The translations under genes and the position numbers were made by a program. A stretch of 64,000 nucleotides of DNA from Neoechinorhynchus agilis (lineage: Eukaryota > Animalia > Acanthocephala), in the NCBI GenBank assembly GCA_051530055.1, contig CM121341.1, forward strand, positions 3,152,151 through 3,216,150, given 5' to 3'. Each line of letters starts with the position of its first letter. Positions within the stretch are counted from its first letter, which is position 1. Positions 13,186 to 26,260 of this stretch are shown piece by piece. Below the pieces are notes generated by a model. The model did no database searches and had not been told where the DNA came from. It saw nothing but the letters and a program-made list of their open reading frames with translations.

Positions 13186-16100
13186 ACGATTTATAGATCT
13201 CTGCAAGTGTAATTATTGAAAGCAAATGCTTGATATTCTGAACACATCTTCAGGAAATCCATTCTTAATCAAGCCAAAGCGATTGAACGATTCGCAGGCA
13301 GTTGAGTTAACGTCTTGAACGATTCAATAAAAGTAAACTTGAAGCATTCTTTAAATCAAGCATCCGATTTGGAAGTTCTCTTTTGTCGAATGAAACTTGG
13401 CCGTATTTAACAATTTTCTAATCAAATAAAGTGAAACGAAATTGTACATCAACGAATTATAGCTCGGTGCAGGTGTAATTATTGAAAGCAAATCTATTCT
13501 GAACTACCTTCAGAAATCATTCTTAAAGCCAAAGCGATTGAACGATTTACGGCAGTTGAGTTAACGTCTTGAACGATTCAATAGAAGTAAACTTGAAGCA
13601 TTCTTTAAATCAAGCATCCGATTTGGAAGTTCTCTTCTGTCGAATGAAACTTGGCCGTATTTAACAATTTTCTAATCAAATAAAGTGAAACGAAATTGTA
13701 CATCAACGATTTATAGATCTCTGCAGGTGTAATTATTGAAAGCAAATGCTTGATATTCTGAACATACCTTCAGGAAATCCATTCTTAATAAAGCCAAAGC
13801 GATTGAACGATTTACTGGCAGTTGAGTTAACGTCTTGAACGATTCAATAGAAGTAAACTTGAAGCATTCTTTAAATCAAGCATCCGATTTGGAAGTTCTC
13901 TTCTGTCGAATGAAACTTGGCCGTATTTAACAATTCTCTAATCAAATAAAGTGAAACGAAATTGTACATCAACGATTTGTAAATCTCTGCAAGTGTAATT
14001 ATTGAAAGCAAATGCTTGATATTCTGAACATACTTTCAGGAAATCCATTCTTAATAAAGCCAAAGCGATTGAACGATTTGCAGGCAGTTGAGTTAACGTC
14101 TTGAGCGATTCAATGAGTAAACTTGAAGCATTCTTTAAATCAAGCATCCGATTTGGAAGTTCTCTTCTGTCGAATGAAACTTGGCCGTATTTAACAATTT
14201 TCTAATCAAATAAAGTGAAACGAAATTGTCAACGATTTGTAGATCTCTGCAAGTGTAATTATTGAAAGCAAATGCATGATATTCTGAACATACCTTCAGG
14301 AAATCCATTCTTAATAAAGCCAAAGCGATTGAACGATTTGCAGGCAGTTGAGTTAACGTCTTGAGCGATTCAATGGAAGTAAACTTGAAGCATTCTTTAA
14401 ATCAAGCATCCGATTTGGAAGTTCTCTTTTGTCGAATGAAACTTGGCCGTATTTAACAATTTTCTAATCAAATAAAGTGAAACGAAATTGTACATCAACG
14501 ATTTGTAGATCTCTGCAAGTGTAATTATTGAAAGCAAATGCTTGATATTCTGAACATACCTTCAGGAAATCCATTCTTAATAAAGCCAAAGCGATTGAAC
14601 GATTTGCAGGCAGTTGAGTTAACGTCTTGAGCGATTCAATGGAAGTAAACTTGAAGCATTCTTTAAATCAAGCATCAGATTTGGAAGTTCTCTTTTGTCG
14701 AATGAAACTTGGCCGTATTTAACAATTTTCTAATCAAATAAAGTGAAACGAAATTGTACATCAACGATTTGTAGATCTCTGCAAGTGTAATTATTGAAAG
14801 CAAATGCTTGATATTCTGAACATACCTTCAGGAAATCCATTCTTAATAAAGCCAAAGCGATTGAACGATTTGCAGGCAGTTGAGTTAACGTCTTGAGCGA
14901 TTCAATGGAAGTAAACTTGAAGCATTCTTTAAATCAAGCATCCGATTTGGAAGTTCTCTTCTGTCGAATGAAACTTGGCCGTATTTAACAATTTTCTAAT
15001 CAAATAAAGTGAAACGAAATTGTACATCAACGATTTGTAAATCTCTGCAAGTGTAATTATTGAAAGCAAATGCTTGATATTCTGAACATACCTTCAGGAA
15101 ATCCATTCTTAATAAAGCCAAAGCGATTGAACGATTTGCAGGCAGTTGAGTTAACGTCTTGAGCGATTCAATGGAAGTAAACTTGAAGCATTCTTTAAAT
15201 CAAGCATCCGATTTGGAAGTTCTCTTTTGTCGAATGAAACTTGGCCGTATTTAACAATTTTCTAATCAAATAAAGTGAAACGAAATTGTACATCAACGAT
15301 TTGTAGATCTCTGCAAGTGTAATTATTGAAAGCAAATGCATGATATTCTGAACATACTTTCAGGAAATCCATTCTTAATAAAGCCAAAGCGATTGAACGA
15401 TTTACTGGCAGTTGAGTTAACGTCTTGAACGATTCAATAAAAGTAAACTTGAAACTTTAAATCAAGCATCCGATTTGGAAGTTCTCTTCTGTCGAATGAA
15501 ACTTGGCCGTATTTAACAATTTTCTAATCAAATAAAGTGAAACGAAATTGTACATCAACGATTTGTAAATCTCTGCAAGTGTAATTATTGAAAGCAAATG
15601 CTTGATATTCTGAACATACCTTCAGGAAATCCATTCTTAATCAAGCCAAAGCGATTGAACGATTTGCAGGCAGTTGAGTTAACGTCTTGAGCGATTCAAT
15701 GGAAGTAAACTTGAAGCATTCTTTAAATCAAGCATCCGATTTGGAAGTTCTCTTCTGTCGAATGAAACTTGGCCGTATTTAACAATTTTCTAATAAAATA
15801 AAGTGAAACGAAATTGTACATCAACGATTTGTAAATCTCTGCAAGTGTAATTATTGAAAGCAAATGCTTGATATTCTGAACATACCTTCAGGAAATCCAT
15901 TCTTAATAAAGCCAAAGCGATTGAACGATTTGCAGGCAGTTGAGTTAACGTCTTGAGCGATTCAATGGAAGTAAACTTGAAGCATTCTTTAAATCAAGCA
16001 TCCGATTTGGAAGTTCTCTTTGTCGAATGAAACTTGGCCGTATTTAACAATTTTCTAATCAAATAAAGTGAAACGAAATTGTACATCAACGATTTGTAAA

Positions 16101-16530
16101 TCTCTGCAAGTGTAATTATTGAAAGCAAATGCTTGATATTCTGAACATACCTTCAGGAAATCCATTCTTAATCAAGCCAAAGCGATTGAACGATTTGCAG
16201 GCAGTTGAGTTAACGTCTTGAGCGATTCAATGGAAGTAAACTTGAAGCATTCTTTAAATCAAGCATCCGATTTGGAAGTTCTCTTTTGTCGAATGAAACT
16301 TGGCCGTATTTAACAATTTTCTAATCAAATAAAGTGAAACGAAATTGTACATCAACGATTTGTAGATCTCTGCAAGTGTAATTATTGAAAGCAAATGCAT
16401 GATATTCTGAACATACCTTCAGGAAATCCATTCTTAATCAAGCCAAAGCGATTGAACGATTTGCAGGCAGTTGAGTTAACGTCTTGAGCGATTCAATGGA
16501 AGTAAACTTCAAGCATTCTTTAAATCAAGC
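13186..16530. repeat. Tandem array of a 266-bp unit, about 12.5 copies
   Basis: Anchor tacatcaacg at 14491, 14757, 15023 and 15289 (spacing 266); left-hand units carry small deletions. Confidence 0.95.
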
Positions 16531-17099
16531 CGGAATAAACATGGCAAAGGAACAGTTATAAGACTTCGGAGAAAGACGGATCTATACAGATTTCGTTGCA
16601 TTCGGGCGAAACAATAGCTTGTCATATTTCTTTTTCATCTCAACCAAGTCGTTAATTTGAACGAAGTTCAAGGAATTTCCTATGAATGGACTACTCTCGA
16701 TGGATTATTTGACACATCGCGAAGCTTTAGATCTTGATAATACATTTCCATACTAAGTGGATTGGTGGGAAAATTTAATATTTTTAGAAATCCACAGGAA
16801 AAGCGACACGTATGGAATTTGCAAGAATTATTTCATCGTTCGACTATGCTGAGAATAGTGATCCCAACTTCAAAAATCAAGTTGACTTTATCGACATTTC
16901 CCATCGATGTAGCGAGATCACTGGACTCAAAATCTTCGCACGTTTGTTTAATGCAATCTCTTCGAACATAGATAAAATGTCGGGTTTAAAATGACGGTGT
17001 GAATTTTAATCTAGATTTCATGTTCAAATTTTCATCACAGATCATCAAAAATAGTTCATCTACACACTTCTATGGCTTTGTATAAAGAAAGTCGATAAA

Positions 17100-20000
17100 C
17101 CTCCCTCTCTCGACAACTCAACGTTGTCCCTCTCGTCAACGTTCTCTCCTTCGACAACGTTCTCTCTCGTCAATCGTAAAAGAACAACGTTCTCTCTCTC
17201 GTCCGCCACAAACACTTGCAATCAATGCCGAGGCCAAAAAGCCCATCCACCAAGCTCGTTCCCTGCGACATGGAAGATTGTCAGGTTAAAACCCAAATAC
17301 TCGTCTCAAGTACTTGGGCGACAGGCAGGAAATTTATTTGCGATTTCTGTACTGCCGCCTGGCTCAAACCGCGTTCTCCGGTTCCCCCCTTCCCAAAACT
17401 AACCACTCCCAAACCCCTAAACCCCTTCCATCTTCAGTTTCCCCACCCCAAACCTCCTCTTCTCCCTCACTTCACTCTTTAAATACTGTCCACCAACCCT
17501 TAGCTGTCAGCGCCTTCGACTTCTCTTCAACAATTTTCTCACCTCTTTAATTCCGTTCCTACCATCTCTCATAGCCCTTTTCCTTCGTCCCTGCATTCTA
17601 ACTCTCACTCTGCTTCACCATTAAAACCGAACCCCCTTCCTCCTCGACCTCATCTAAATCCTCCACCTCCTCTCTAGCACCCAGTACTGCTAGAAATAAC
17701 CATAAACCCCTCCCGCTTCGCCCCTCAGAAGCGAAAAATACCTTGGACGCTCACACTACCTCACCTCTTACCACCACCTTTTCAACTCCCAATATCCTCT
17801 TGCCCCCCCATCCCGCATACGCAGTTCCCACCCTTATGGTCTCTACACTCAAATCACCCCTCACTACAGTGTCCACCCACGAATCCATTGAACAACCCAT
17901 CGGTCAACTCCCATCCCTTCTCTCTCTACGCAGCTTCAACCCTCTCCGTCAGTGTCCACCCCTCATGTCCCTTCTAAACATCCCTTTCCAATAATCTTTT
18001 AATCTAACATCCGCAACCTCCTCCCCAAACTGGATGAGCTCCATATAGTTGCCTCTTCTTGCAACGCCGACATCCTTGTAATTACGGAAACATGGCTCTC
18101 ACCCCATAGCAAATTATCTGCCTTCCTTCCAAACTTTCAAGCTTTTCACCTCACAAGGAACTTTTGAAACGGGGGAGGTACCATTGCTCTTCACTCTGCC
18201 TTTTGATCTCCGACGATCTTGAATGGCTACACATCCAACTTCATCTCCCCCTGTCGCTAGCCTTTATCGCCCTCCTTCCTCAATCATCCCCAACAGACTT
18301 CAACAAATAGACCACCCATTTACTAACCTACTTTCAACTTCCTCAGATCACTTCATCATATTGGGCGATTTTAACAAACTGCCGATCCCGCCCTCGCTCT
18401 CTCATCTCTCCCAAATCGTTACTTTCCCCACACGCTTCTCCTCCCGCCCTGATAAAATTTTCTCAAACATCAGGCAATACTCGTTCACTACCAAACTCCC
18501 CCGGATCGCCTCGTCTGACCATTGTTCCATCCTTCTCTCCCTCATCACCTCAAAAACGTTCCTTTTCCGACCCTACGTTGTCTGGGATAAGCGTGATCAT
18601 CATACCCAATCCTTTGCTGCATGTGTCAATTCTCTTATCACGCAAAACCGCTCTACCATCTTTGGCATCGACCCCTCGATTCCAATGGGCTCTTTGTCAA
18701 ATCTAATAGAATCTGCGATGAAGGCCTCCTTTTCTCGAAAAACAATACGAATATCGAACCGCGACCCTCCATGGTTCTCGCCTTTTCTAAAAACCCTTCA
18801 AATTCAGGTCACCAAAGCTTTCCGGTCAGGTAATCCTGCTTACCCCTCCCTCCACTCCACACTGACAAAACGCATCCGTATAGCCCGCAAAGTATTCCTC
18901 TCATCTCGTCTCTCGTCCGTTCCCAATCGAAACTATTGGCGTGAAATAAAAAATGTCACTGGTCTTGGTAGATCCACCCCTGATCTGCTCCCAATCCTCA
19001 ACACCATGAATAAAAACCTCTGTCCTCCTCAAACCTCCTCTCCATTATCCCAACCTCCCTCCTCACTTTCTGACCGCCCATCCATACATGCCCTTCCTTA
19101 GTTTCCCCTCTCGAAATCCTAGAGATCCTTAAACGCCTGCCCCGCCATTCTTCCCCTAATTCGACTATCCCAAATTGGGCCATTCGTCTCATCATTCCGG
19201 AAATTATCGATCCTCTAACGCACATAACGAACCTTAGCTTTCTATTGGGCTCTTTTCCATCGTGTCTTAAGGAAGCCCGTGTCGTCCCCCTACCTAAAAA
19301 CAATAAACGGATTTCCCCCACATCCTTTCGTCCCATCTCTATCCTCTCACCTTTCTCTAAAATCTTAGGAAAATGTTTTAAAACCCGCCTACTTCCCTCC
19401 TTCCTCAAAAACATCTCCCCTTCCCAATTCGCTTTCCGTCCAAATTACTCTTGTTCTGATGCCCTCCTCTGCATCTACGATACGCTTGTGCGCAGCTCAG
19501 ATTCCAATCCAGAATCAACTATCCGTCCGTCTCATGCAACTGGATATTTCCAGGGCGTTCGAGTCGATCGATCACTCCCTTCTCCTCCAATCATGTGCTT
19601 CCTTTGGCCTCCCAACTTGGCAACTCGCTTGGATTTCTTCTTTCCTCTCCAACCGCGAACAATATATCCAATGTGGAACCCCTTGTTCCTCTTCGCTGCC
19701 CATTTTTAAAGGGGTTCCCAAGGCGCCGTACTTTCCCCTCTCTTACTTGATATTTTTCTATTTGACGTCCATCCTATCACTCCCTCTACCAAATATTTCC
19801 TTCATGCAGATGACGTCACAGTCATTACCATCGCATCTCCGTCTCTCGCCCTCTCCACTACCATGGACGAGCTCAACCATCTCATTTCCTCACTCTCCAC
19901 CCTAAACCTCTCCCTAAATGTATCTAAATCTTCTTATCCCCGCGCCTCTCCCTCTCCCCATTCAACGCTCCTCTTCTCTCCGAATACTGGGCCTGATTTT

Positions 20001-20617
20001 ACAAGAAAACCTTAAATGGGATGCCCACATTTACACTTTCTAAAGCAAACCCTCGTCTTTACCTCCTCGAACTCCTCCGGCGTCTCGGCATATCCCCTAA
20101 ACGCCTTGCCCACTTTTATCTCTTTGCCATCCTCCCTATCCTTACATGCGCCTTCCCCACTTTCCTCGCCTATTCCGCCAATGCTTTCCATTCCCTCGAA
20201 ACCTTCCACAAAAGAGCAGCGAGAATATGCGGGACTTCACTCGCTCCCCTCGACGCCCACCTTCACTCCATTTTCTCCAAAAACGCCCTCCGCCTTCTTC
20301 AATCCCGTCCACAATTTTCTTCTTTTGTTTCTAAATACTTTTCCCTCGTAAACACCCGTAACCCCAACCTTTTGCATCCAGCCCTCGCTCGTACCACCCT
20401 CTACCAAAAATCCTTCCTCCCCCAATCCCAATCTTTCCTTAACAACCGGAGAACAAGCAAAGACTCCCAATCGGTCATTCTCCTGTAAAAGTCCAAAGGC
20501 AAATCCCACCTCCCTGCCTCAATATCCGACATCCAGACAACTTCAGCAAAGATAGATGCTGGCAAGTGTATGGATCGTTCTTCTTAATCAATAAAACGTG
20601 TTTATACTTATACTTCT
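17100..20617 (+). mobile_element. CR1/L2-type non-LTR retrotransposon, near full length but frameshifted (PHD-like ORF1, APE and RT in ORF2)
   Basis: ORF1 Cys pattern CNQC..LVPCDMEDC..FICDFC; APE motifs ADILVITETWL, LYRPP, IILGDFN, SSDHCSIL; RT motifs FRPISIL, SQFAFRP, LDISRAFESIDH, HADDV; 3' AATAAA then (TATACT)2. Confidence 0.9.
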
Positions 20618-21976
20618 TTATTGACTAAAATGTTCGCAAGGGTGGAAGAGAGGATTTACCATTAATGTTTTTGTCGTTGATTAAAGTTGGCTTTATGCTG
20701 ATCGACAAAATTTGCACCCTTTATTTAAGATCCGATTATGTTCAACTTGATTTATGTTTGGAAAATTCAACATTATACAAATCTAGTTTCGGATGCTTGA
20801 ATGTGATTCTAGACAATGAATACCCCTTACGGACCCCGTAGATCAACAAGGCGAATAGCTCTTTTGAACGGCTCGTAATTGATGAATCATATAGCCCGGA
20901 TTAATCTTTCGTTCGTGAAGCCGTCGATAATCTCGCGATTGTCTTCATCTTCGATGTAGAGGCAGTGTTTGAGGAAGAAGATACAACGAAAATATTCTTT
21001 TTAGGTCATTTGACCGATTGAAGTGTGGCGACCAATGATATTCTGCTACTGGCAAGACAGATTCGTGGGAAGCACTGCATGGTCAATGTTGCTTCAAGAA
21101 GTAGAGGAAACACTTTATGTGTTTTATTAAAGTAGCAAGCACCGTCAGTTGCTAATTTTGCATTAATTAAACTATTTATTGAGTGAACGAATTAAATGTA
21201 TCGACGAAATATTGTCTATATTTATTAATCTAATGGACTTATCCTGCTTAGATTTTTTCGCAGAAGATATCCATATTCTGATTAGCAACTGGCGCATATT
21301 TTGGTTTTAATTAAAAGGACCATGTAACATTAACATATCGAAACGCGTTTTTTTCGGAAATTTGGCGAATTTTGATATCATTGATTTTACACCTCTTGAA
21401 ACAAAGAGGTTGATCGATTGAAAATGAAGCCAGAAAATTACATAACGGCTACTTATAAATCCCTGGAGTTGTTTTATATTCCATTTACCCCGAATCACAG
21501 CCAATCATCGAAGTGATGAAAAATTCGATTTTGTTTAGATAGGAGGAAGCTCTAGACACCAATCCTCAAAGAGTTAATTAAATACAACTGTTCTGAGTTT
21601 AAAATGAGGTCAAGAACTACTGTGAATGTAGAAATTCTTAAATTTAACATTCAGTTATCAAAATATCACTTCGAGAACCTTGTGAAATTGAGTTTAAAGA
21701 TTTTTGTCGATATGTAAGGACCTCGTTGGGTTCATCATCATTAGTTTGTTTGTGGTTCGAAACGATTGTTAATCGAAAAAGTTATTTACCGTATTAAGAC
21801 TTTTAAACAATAAGTCTAATCTTAAAGATTTTTGTTATATTTTAAGATTCTTTGCATTCAAAAATGCACAATTTGAGCAAACATTCAATTCATTGCGGTT
21901 TTATTTCGTATTTATGGATTAAAATACAGAAAAAGACGTATTCGTGTTTTTCGGACAAATAATCGAAGCCCGTGCT

Positions 21977-22777
21977 TCACGCACAGATTCCGCAGGTCTT
22001 TGGACATACAGTAACGATTGATTTTCTGGTGCACTGTCTCACGTAAGTATGACATTCTTTGTGTTTGTCTTCACATTTATGATCGACTACAATTGCTGGC
22101 TTTATAACAGGCTTCTTAACATGAATCTCGAGATTCTCAATTATGTGCTTAACTGGTTGAATAGGTTGCTGTGGCGGTGGAGGTAGTGGTGGCGGTGGTG
22201 CGGGAGGTGCACATTGTTCGCAGGATCCAATAATATGAGCTTTTACGTTAAGGCCAGCTTCAATGGGCAGTCTGTATTGTGGAGCCGGATGGTGGTGTTC
22301 ATGTATGTGTTCATGGATGATTCTTTGCGGGGGTGGAGCCGGTGGCGCTGGTGGTGGACTTTGAACCACTGGCCTATGAACGACTGGTTGGTGATGAATT
22401 ATCTGAGCAGGCTGGACGCAAGCTGCAACAAGATTTGTGCGAACCTGCGCCTGTACTGGAGGACAAGGATTAGCTGCGACTGGTATTGGAGCAACCGGTT
22501 GGTTGTACCTTTGGTTGAATCCATGATGATGGTGATGATGGTATTCTTCACTGCTGTGTCGAAATTTGTTCCTTATAAGTTTATATCCAAGAATTCCTGC
22601 ACCAACTCCAAGGGCAGCACCAATCGCTGCCCTAATAGGTCCTCGTCGTTGTCTACTTAGGCGCGTGGAATTATCTGCTTCAGCCAAATCCTCCTTTGCA
22701 TTCACGGTCTTATTCTGATGCTTCCCAGTGGCATTACAGACAAATATCCAAAGGATTATACTAAGACTTGACTTCAT
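21977..22777 (-). CDS. Secreted His/Pro-rich precursor with a C-terminal ShKT domain
   Basis: Signal peptide MKSSLSIILWIFVCNATG; furin-type RQRR; six-Cys ShK pattern CEDKHKECHTYVRQCTRKSIVTVCPKTCGIC at the C-terminus. Confidence 0.85.
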   Translation of the reverse strand: MKSSLSIILWIFVCNATGKHQNKTVNAKEDLAEADNSTRLSRQRRGPIRAAIGAALGVGAGILGYKLIRNKFRHSSEEYHHHHHHGFNQRYNQPVAPIPVAANPCPPVQAQVRTNLVAACVQPAQIIHHQPVVHRPVVQSPPPAPPAPPPQRIIHEHIHEHHHPAPQYRLPIEAGLNVKAHIIGSCEQCAPPAPPPPLPPPPQQPIQPVKHIIENLEIHVKKPVIKPAIVVDHKCEDKHKECHTYVRQCTRKSIVTVCPKTCGICA

Positions 22778-23426
22778 TGCCAGACTTCAGAATGATGAAC
22801 GATGAACAAAAAGAACTTGGCAACGTCGTAAGGCAGAAGTGTGTCGGGAATTTATGCCATGAAAATTCGATATTGCATTCTTTGCTCTATGCAAATAAGG
22901 AAGCGCGTTCATAAACCCATTTACCCACACACAAGCAGCCACGAATTGCCTTGAGCTGCCAAACATAGTACAGACGAATATGCAACAAGCGTATAATTTG
23001 CGATGAACAGTGTGCATTTCTTGAATAGAACGATCCGGAAAATAATGAACTCATCGAAATATCATCCGTAGATGGCGGAAATTGTGCCTAAGCGCTATTT
23101 GTAGCGGTGGCTTTCTAGAATAGTTCATAAATCGGGGGTTTTCTTCGTATTATATATGATAAGAACTGTTTTAAAAGGTGCGAAATATCGAGTGCGAAAT
23201 TCAAAAAAAAAGGTATTATTCTCAGGTATTTGGTTGCCAGACACTTTCACTTTGAAATCCGATCATCCTGAATCGAACAATTAATGCTTGCTCAAATTTA
23301 TATGGACAAATAATTCAAAATTAATTAGAGGGGTGTCCATAAATAAAGTCTTATATTCGTTTCCGCAATCAAAAGGTTTAACATACGAAAATAGGTAACT
23401 ATATTGTGTTCGACAATTGTCTATAT

Positions 23427-25987
23427 AAATTTACATTCGTTCTCGAACTTTCGAATGACAAGATTCGGTAGTATAGTATTTTAACATTTTAAGAAATCGA
23501 ATGAACAGTCGGAAAAATCACTCAAATATTTTGTTGGTTTTTAATAATCGCTAAATTGTCTCCAGTATTCACTAGTTTTTTCGTCGAGATACATTTCCTA
23601 AGAAATCTATGGGCAGTTGTTATGATTGTTCAAAGAAATTTACATTCGTTCTCGGACTTTCGAATGACAAGATTCGGTAGTATAGTATTTTAACATTTTA
23701 AGAAACCGAATGAACAGTCGGAAAAATAACTCAAATATTTTGTTGGTTTTTAATAATCGCTAAATTGTCTCCAGTATTCACTAGTTTTTTCGTCGAGATA
23801 CATTTCCTAAGAAATTAATGGGCAGTTGTTATGATTGTTGAAAGAAATTTACATTCGTTCTCGAACTTTCGAATGACAGGATGCGGTAATATAGTATTTT
23901 AACATTTTAAGAAATCGAATGAACAGTCGGAAAAATAACTCAAATATTTTGTTGGTTTTTAAAAATCGCGTAATTGTCTCCAGTATTCACGAGCTTTTTC
24001 GTCGAGATACATTTCCTAAGAAATTAATGGGCAGTTGTTATGATTGTTCAAAGAAATTTACATTCGTTCTCGAACTTTCGAATGACAGGATGCGGTAGTA
24101 TAGTATTTTAACATTTTAAGAAGCTGAATGAACAGTCGGAAAAATAACTCAAATATTTTGTTGGTTTTTAATAATCGCTAAATTGTCTCCAGTATTCACT
24201 AGTTTTTTCGTCGAGATACATTTCCTAAGAAATTAATGGGCAGTTGTTATGATTGTTGAAAGAAATTTACATTCGTTCTCGAACTTTCGAATGACAAGAT
24301 TCGGTAGTATAGTATTTTAACATTTTATGAAATCGAATAAACAGTCAGAAAAATCACTCAAATATTTTGTTGGTTTTTAAAAATCGCGTAATTGTCTCCA
24401 GTATTCACGAGCTTTTTCGCAGAGATACATTCCCCAAAAAATTAATGGGCAGTTGCTATGATTGTTCAAAGAAATTTACATTCGTTCTCGAACTTTCGAA
24501 TGACAGGATGCGGTAGTATAGTATTTTAACATTTTAAGAAACCGAATGAACAGTCGGAAAAATCACTCAAATATTTTGTTGGTTTTTAATAATCGCTAAA
24601 TTGTCTCCAGTATTCACTAGTTTTTTCGTCGAGATACATTTCCTAAGAAATCTATGGGCAGTTGTTATGATTGTTGAAAGAAATTTACATTCGTTCTCGG
24701 ACTTTCGAATGACAAGATTCGGTAGTATAGTATTTTAACATTTTAAGAAACCGAATGAACAGTCAGAAAAATCACTCAAATATTTTGTTGGTTTTTAAAA
24801 ATCGCGTAATTGTCTCCAGTATTCACTAGTTTTTTCGTCGAGATACATTTCCTAAGAAATTAATGGGCAGTTGTTATGATTGTTCAAAGAAATTTACATT
24901 CGTTCTCGAACTTTCGAATGACAGGATGCGGTAATATAGTATTTTAACATTTTAAGAAATCGAATGAACAGTCGGAAAAATAACTCAAATATTTTGTTGG
25001 TTTTTAATAATCGCTAAATTGTCTCCAGTATTCACTAGTTTTTTCGTCGAGATACATTTCCTAAGAAATCAATGGGCAGTTGTTATGATTGTTGAAAGAA
25101 ATTTACATTCGTTCTCGGACTTTCGAATGACAAGATTCGGTAGTATAGTATTTTAACATTTTAAGAAATCGAATGAACAGTCGGAAAAATAACTCAAATA
25201 TTTTGTTGGTTTATAAAAATCGCGTAATTGTCTCCAGTATTCACGAGCTTTTTCGCAGAGATACACTTCCTAAGAAATTAATGGGCAGTTGTTACGATTG
25301 TTCAAAGAAATTTACATTCATTCTCGAACTTTCGAATGACAGGATGCGGTAATATAGTATTTTAACATTTTAAGAAACCGAATGAACAGTCAGAAAAATC
25401 ACTCAAATATTTTGTTGGTTTTTAAAAATCGCTTAATTGTCTCCAGTATTCACGGTTTTTTTCGTCGAGATACATTTCCTAAGAAATTAATGGGCAGTTG
25501 TTATGATTGTTGAAAGAAATTTACATTCGTTCTCGGACTTTCGAATGACAAGATTCGGTAGTATAGTATTTTAACATTTTAAGAAATCGAATGAACAGTC
25601 GGAAAAATAACTCAAATATTTTGTTGGTTTATAAAAATCGCGTAATTGTCTCCAGTATTCACGAGCTTTTTCGCAGAGATACACTTCCTAAGAAATTAAT
25701 GGGCAGTTGTTACGATTGTTCAAAGAAATTTACATTCATTCTCGAACTTTCGAATGACAGGATGCGGTACTATAGTATTTTAACATTTTAAGAAACCGAA
25801 TGAACAGTCGGAAAAATAACTCAAATATTTTGTTGGTTTTTAAAAATCGCTTAATTGTCTCCAGTATTCACGAGAAATTAATGGGCAGTTGTTATGATTG
25901 TTCAAGGAAATTTACATTTGTACTCGGAATTTCGGAGGACAAGATGCAAAAATATTTTTTGAGCGTTGTTTTTCAAACCGAATGAAC
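23427..25987. repeat. Tandem array of a 209-bp unit, about 12 copies, with 418-bp higher-order structure
   Basis: Anchor atgggcag at 23609, 23818, 24027, 24236 and 24445 (spacing 209). Confidence 0.95.
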
Positions 25988-26260
25988 AAATTGAAGTAAG
26001 CCTATTAAATTTACTTTATTTTCCCCATTATTCTAAAAACTTAGAGATAGGTTTCATGCGACTTGACCTGGTGAAGACGTCTTTTCGAAACTATACGAAA
26101 AGCTTGAAGTATTTCTTAAAATATTAGGCTATTTTCCCCGATTATTCACAGGTTTTTCCAAAGATAAATTTATTTTGGATTTTCCTACACAGCACAATTC
26201 CTGGAAGCATATTTATCGCGATATATTCTTAAAATATTTCGTTCTAACGGACAAGATTTA

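Noticed and set aside
13938-14323. ORFs inside the 266-bp array (and 25591-25985 in the 209-bp array)
   Set aside because: Unit lengths are not multiples of 3, stops recur in each unit and no domain is recognisable
20700-21150. Stop-interrupted minus-strand reading frame after the LINE
   Set aside because: No recognisable motif; may be an old TE fragment but cannot be supported
13186-25987. Arrays as CRISPR-like loci
   Set aside because: The units are contiguous and near-identical with no unique spacers, and the context is eukaryotic
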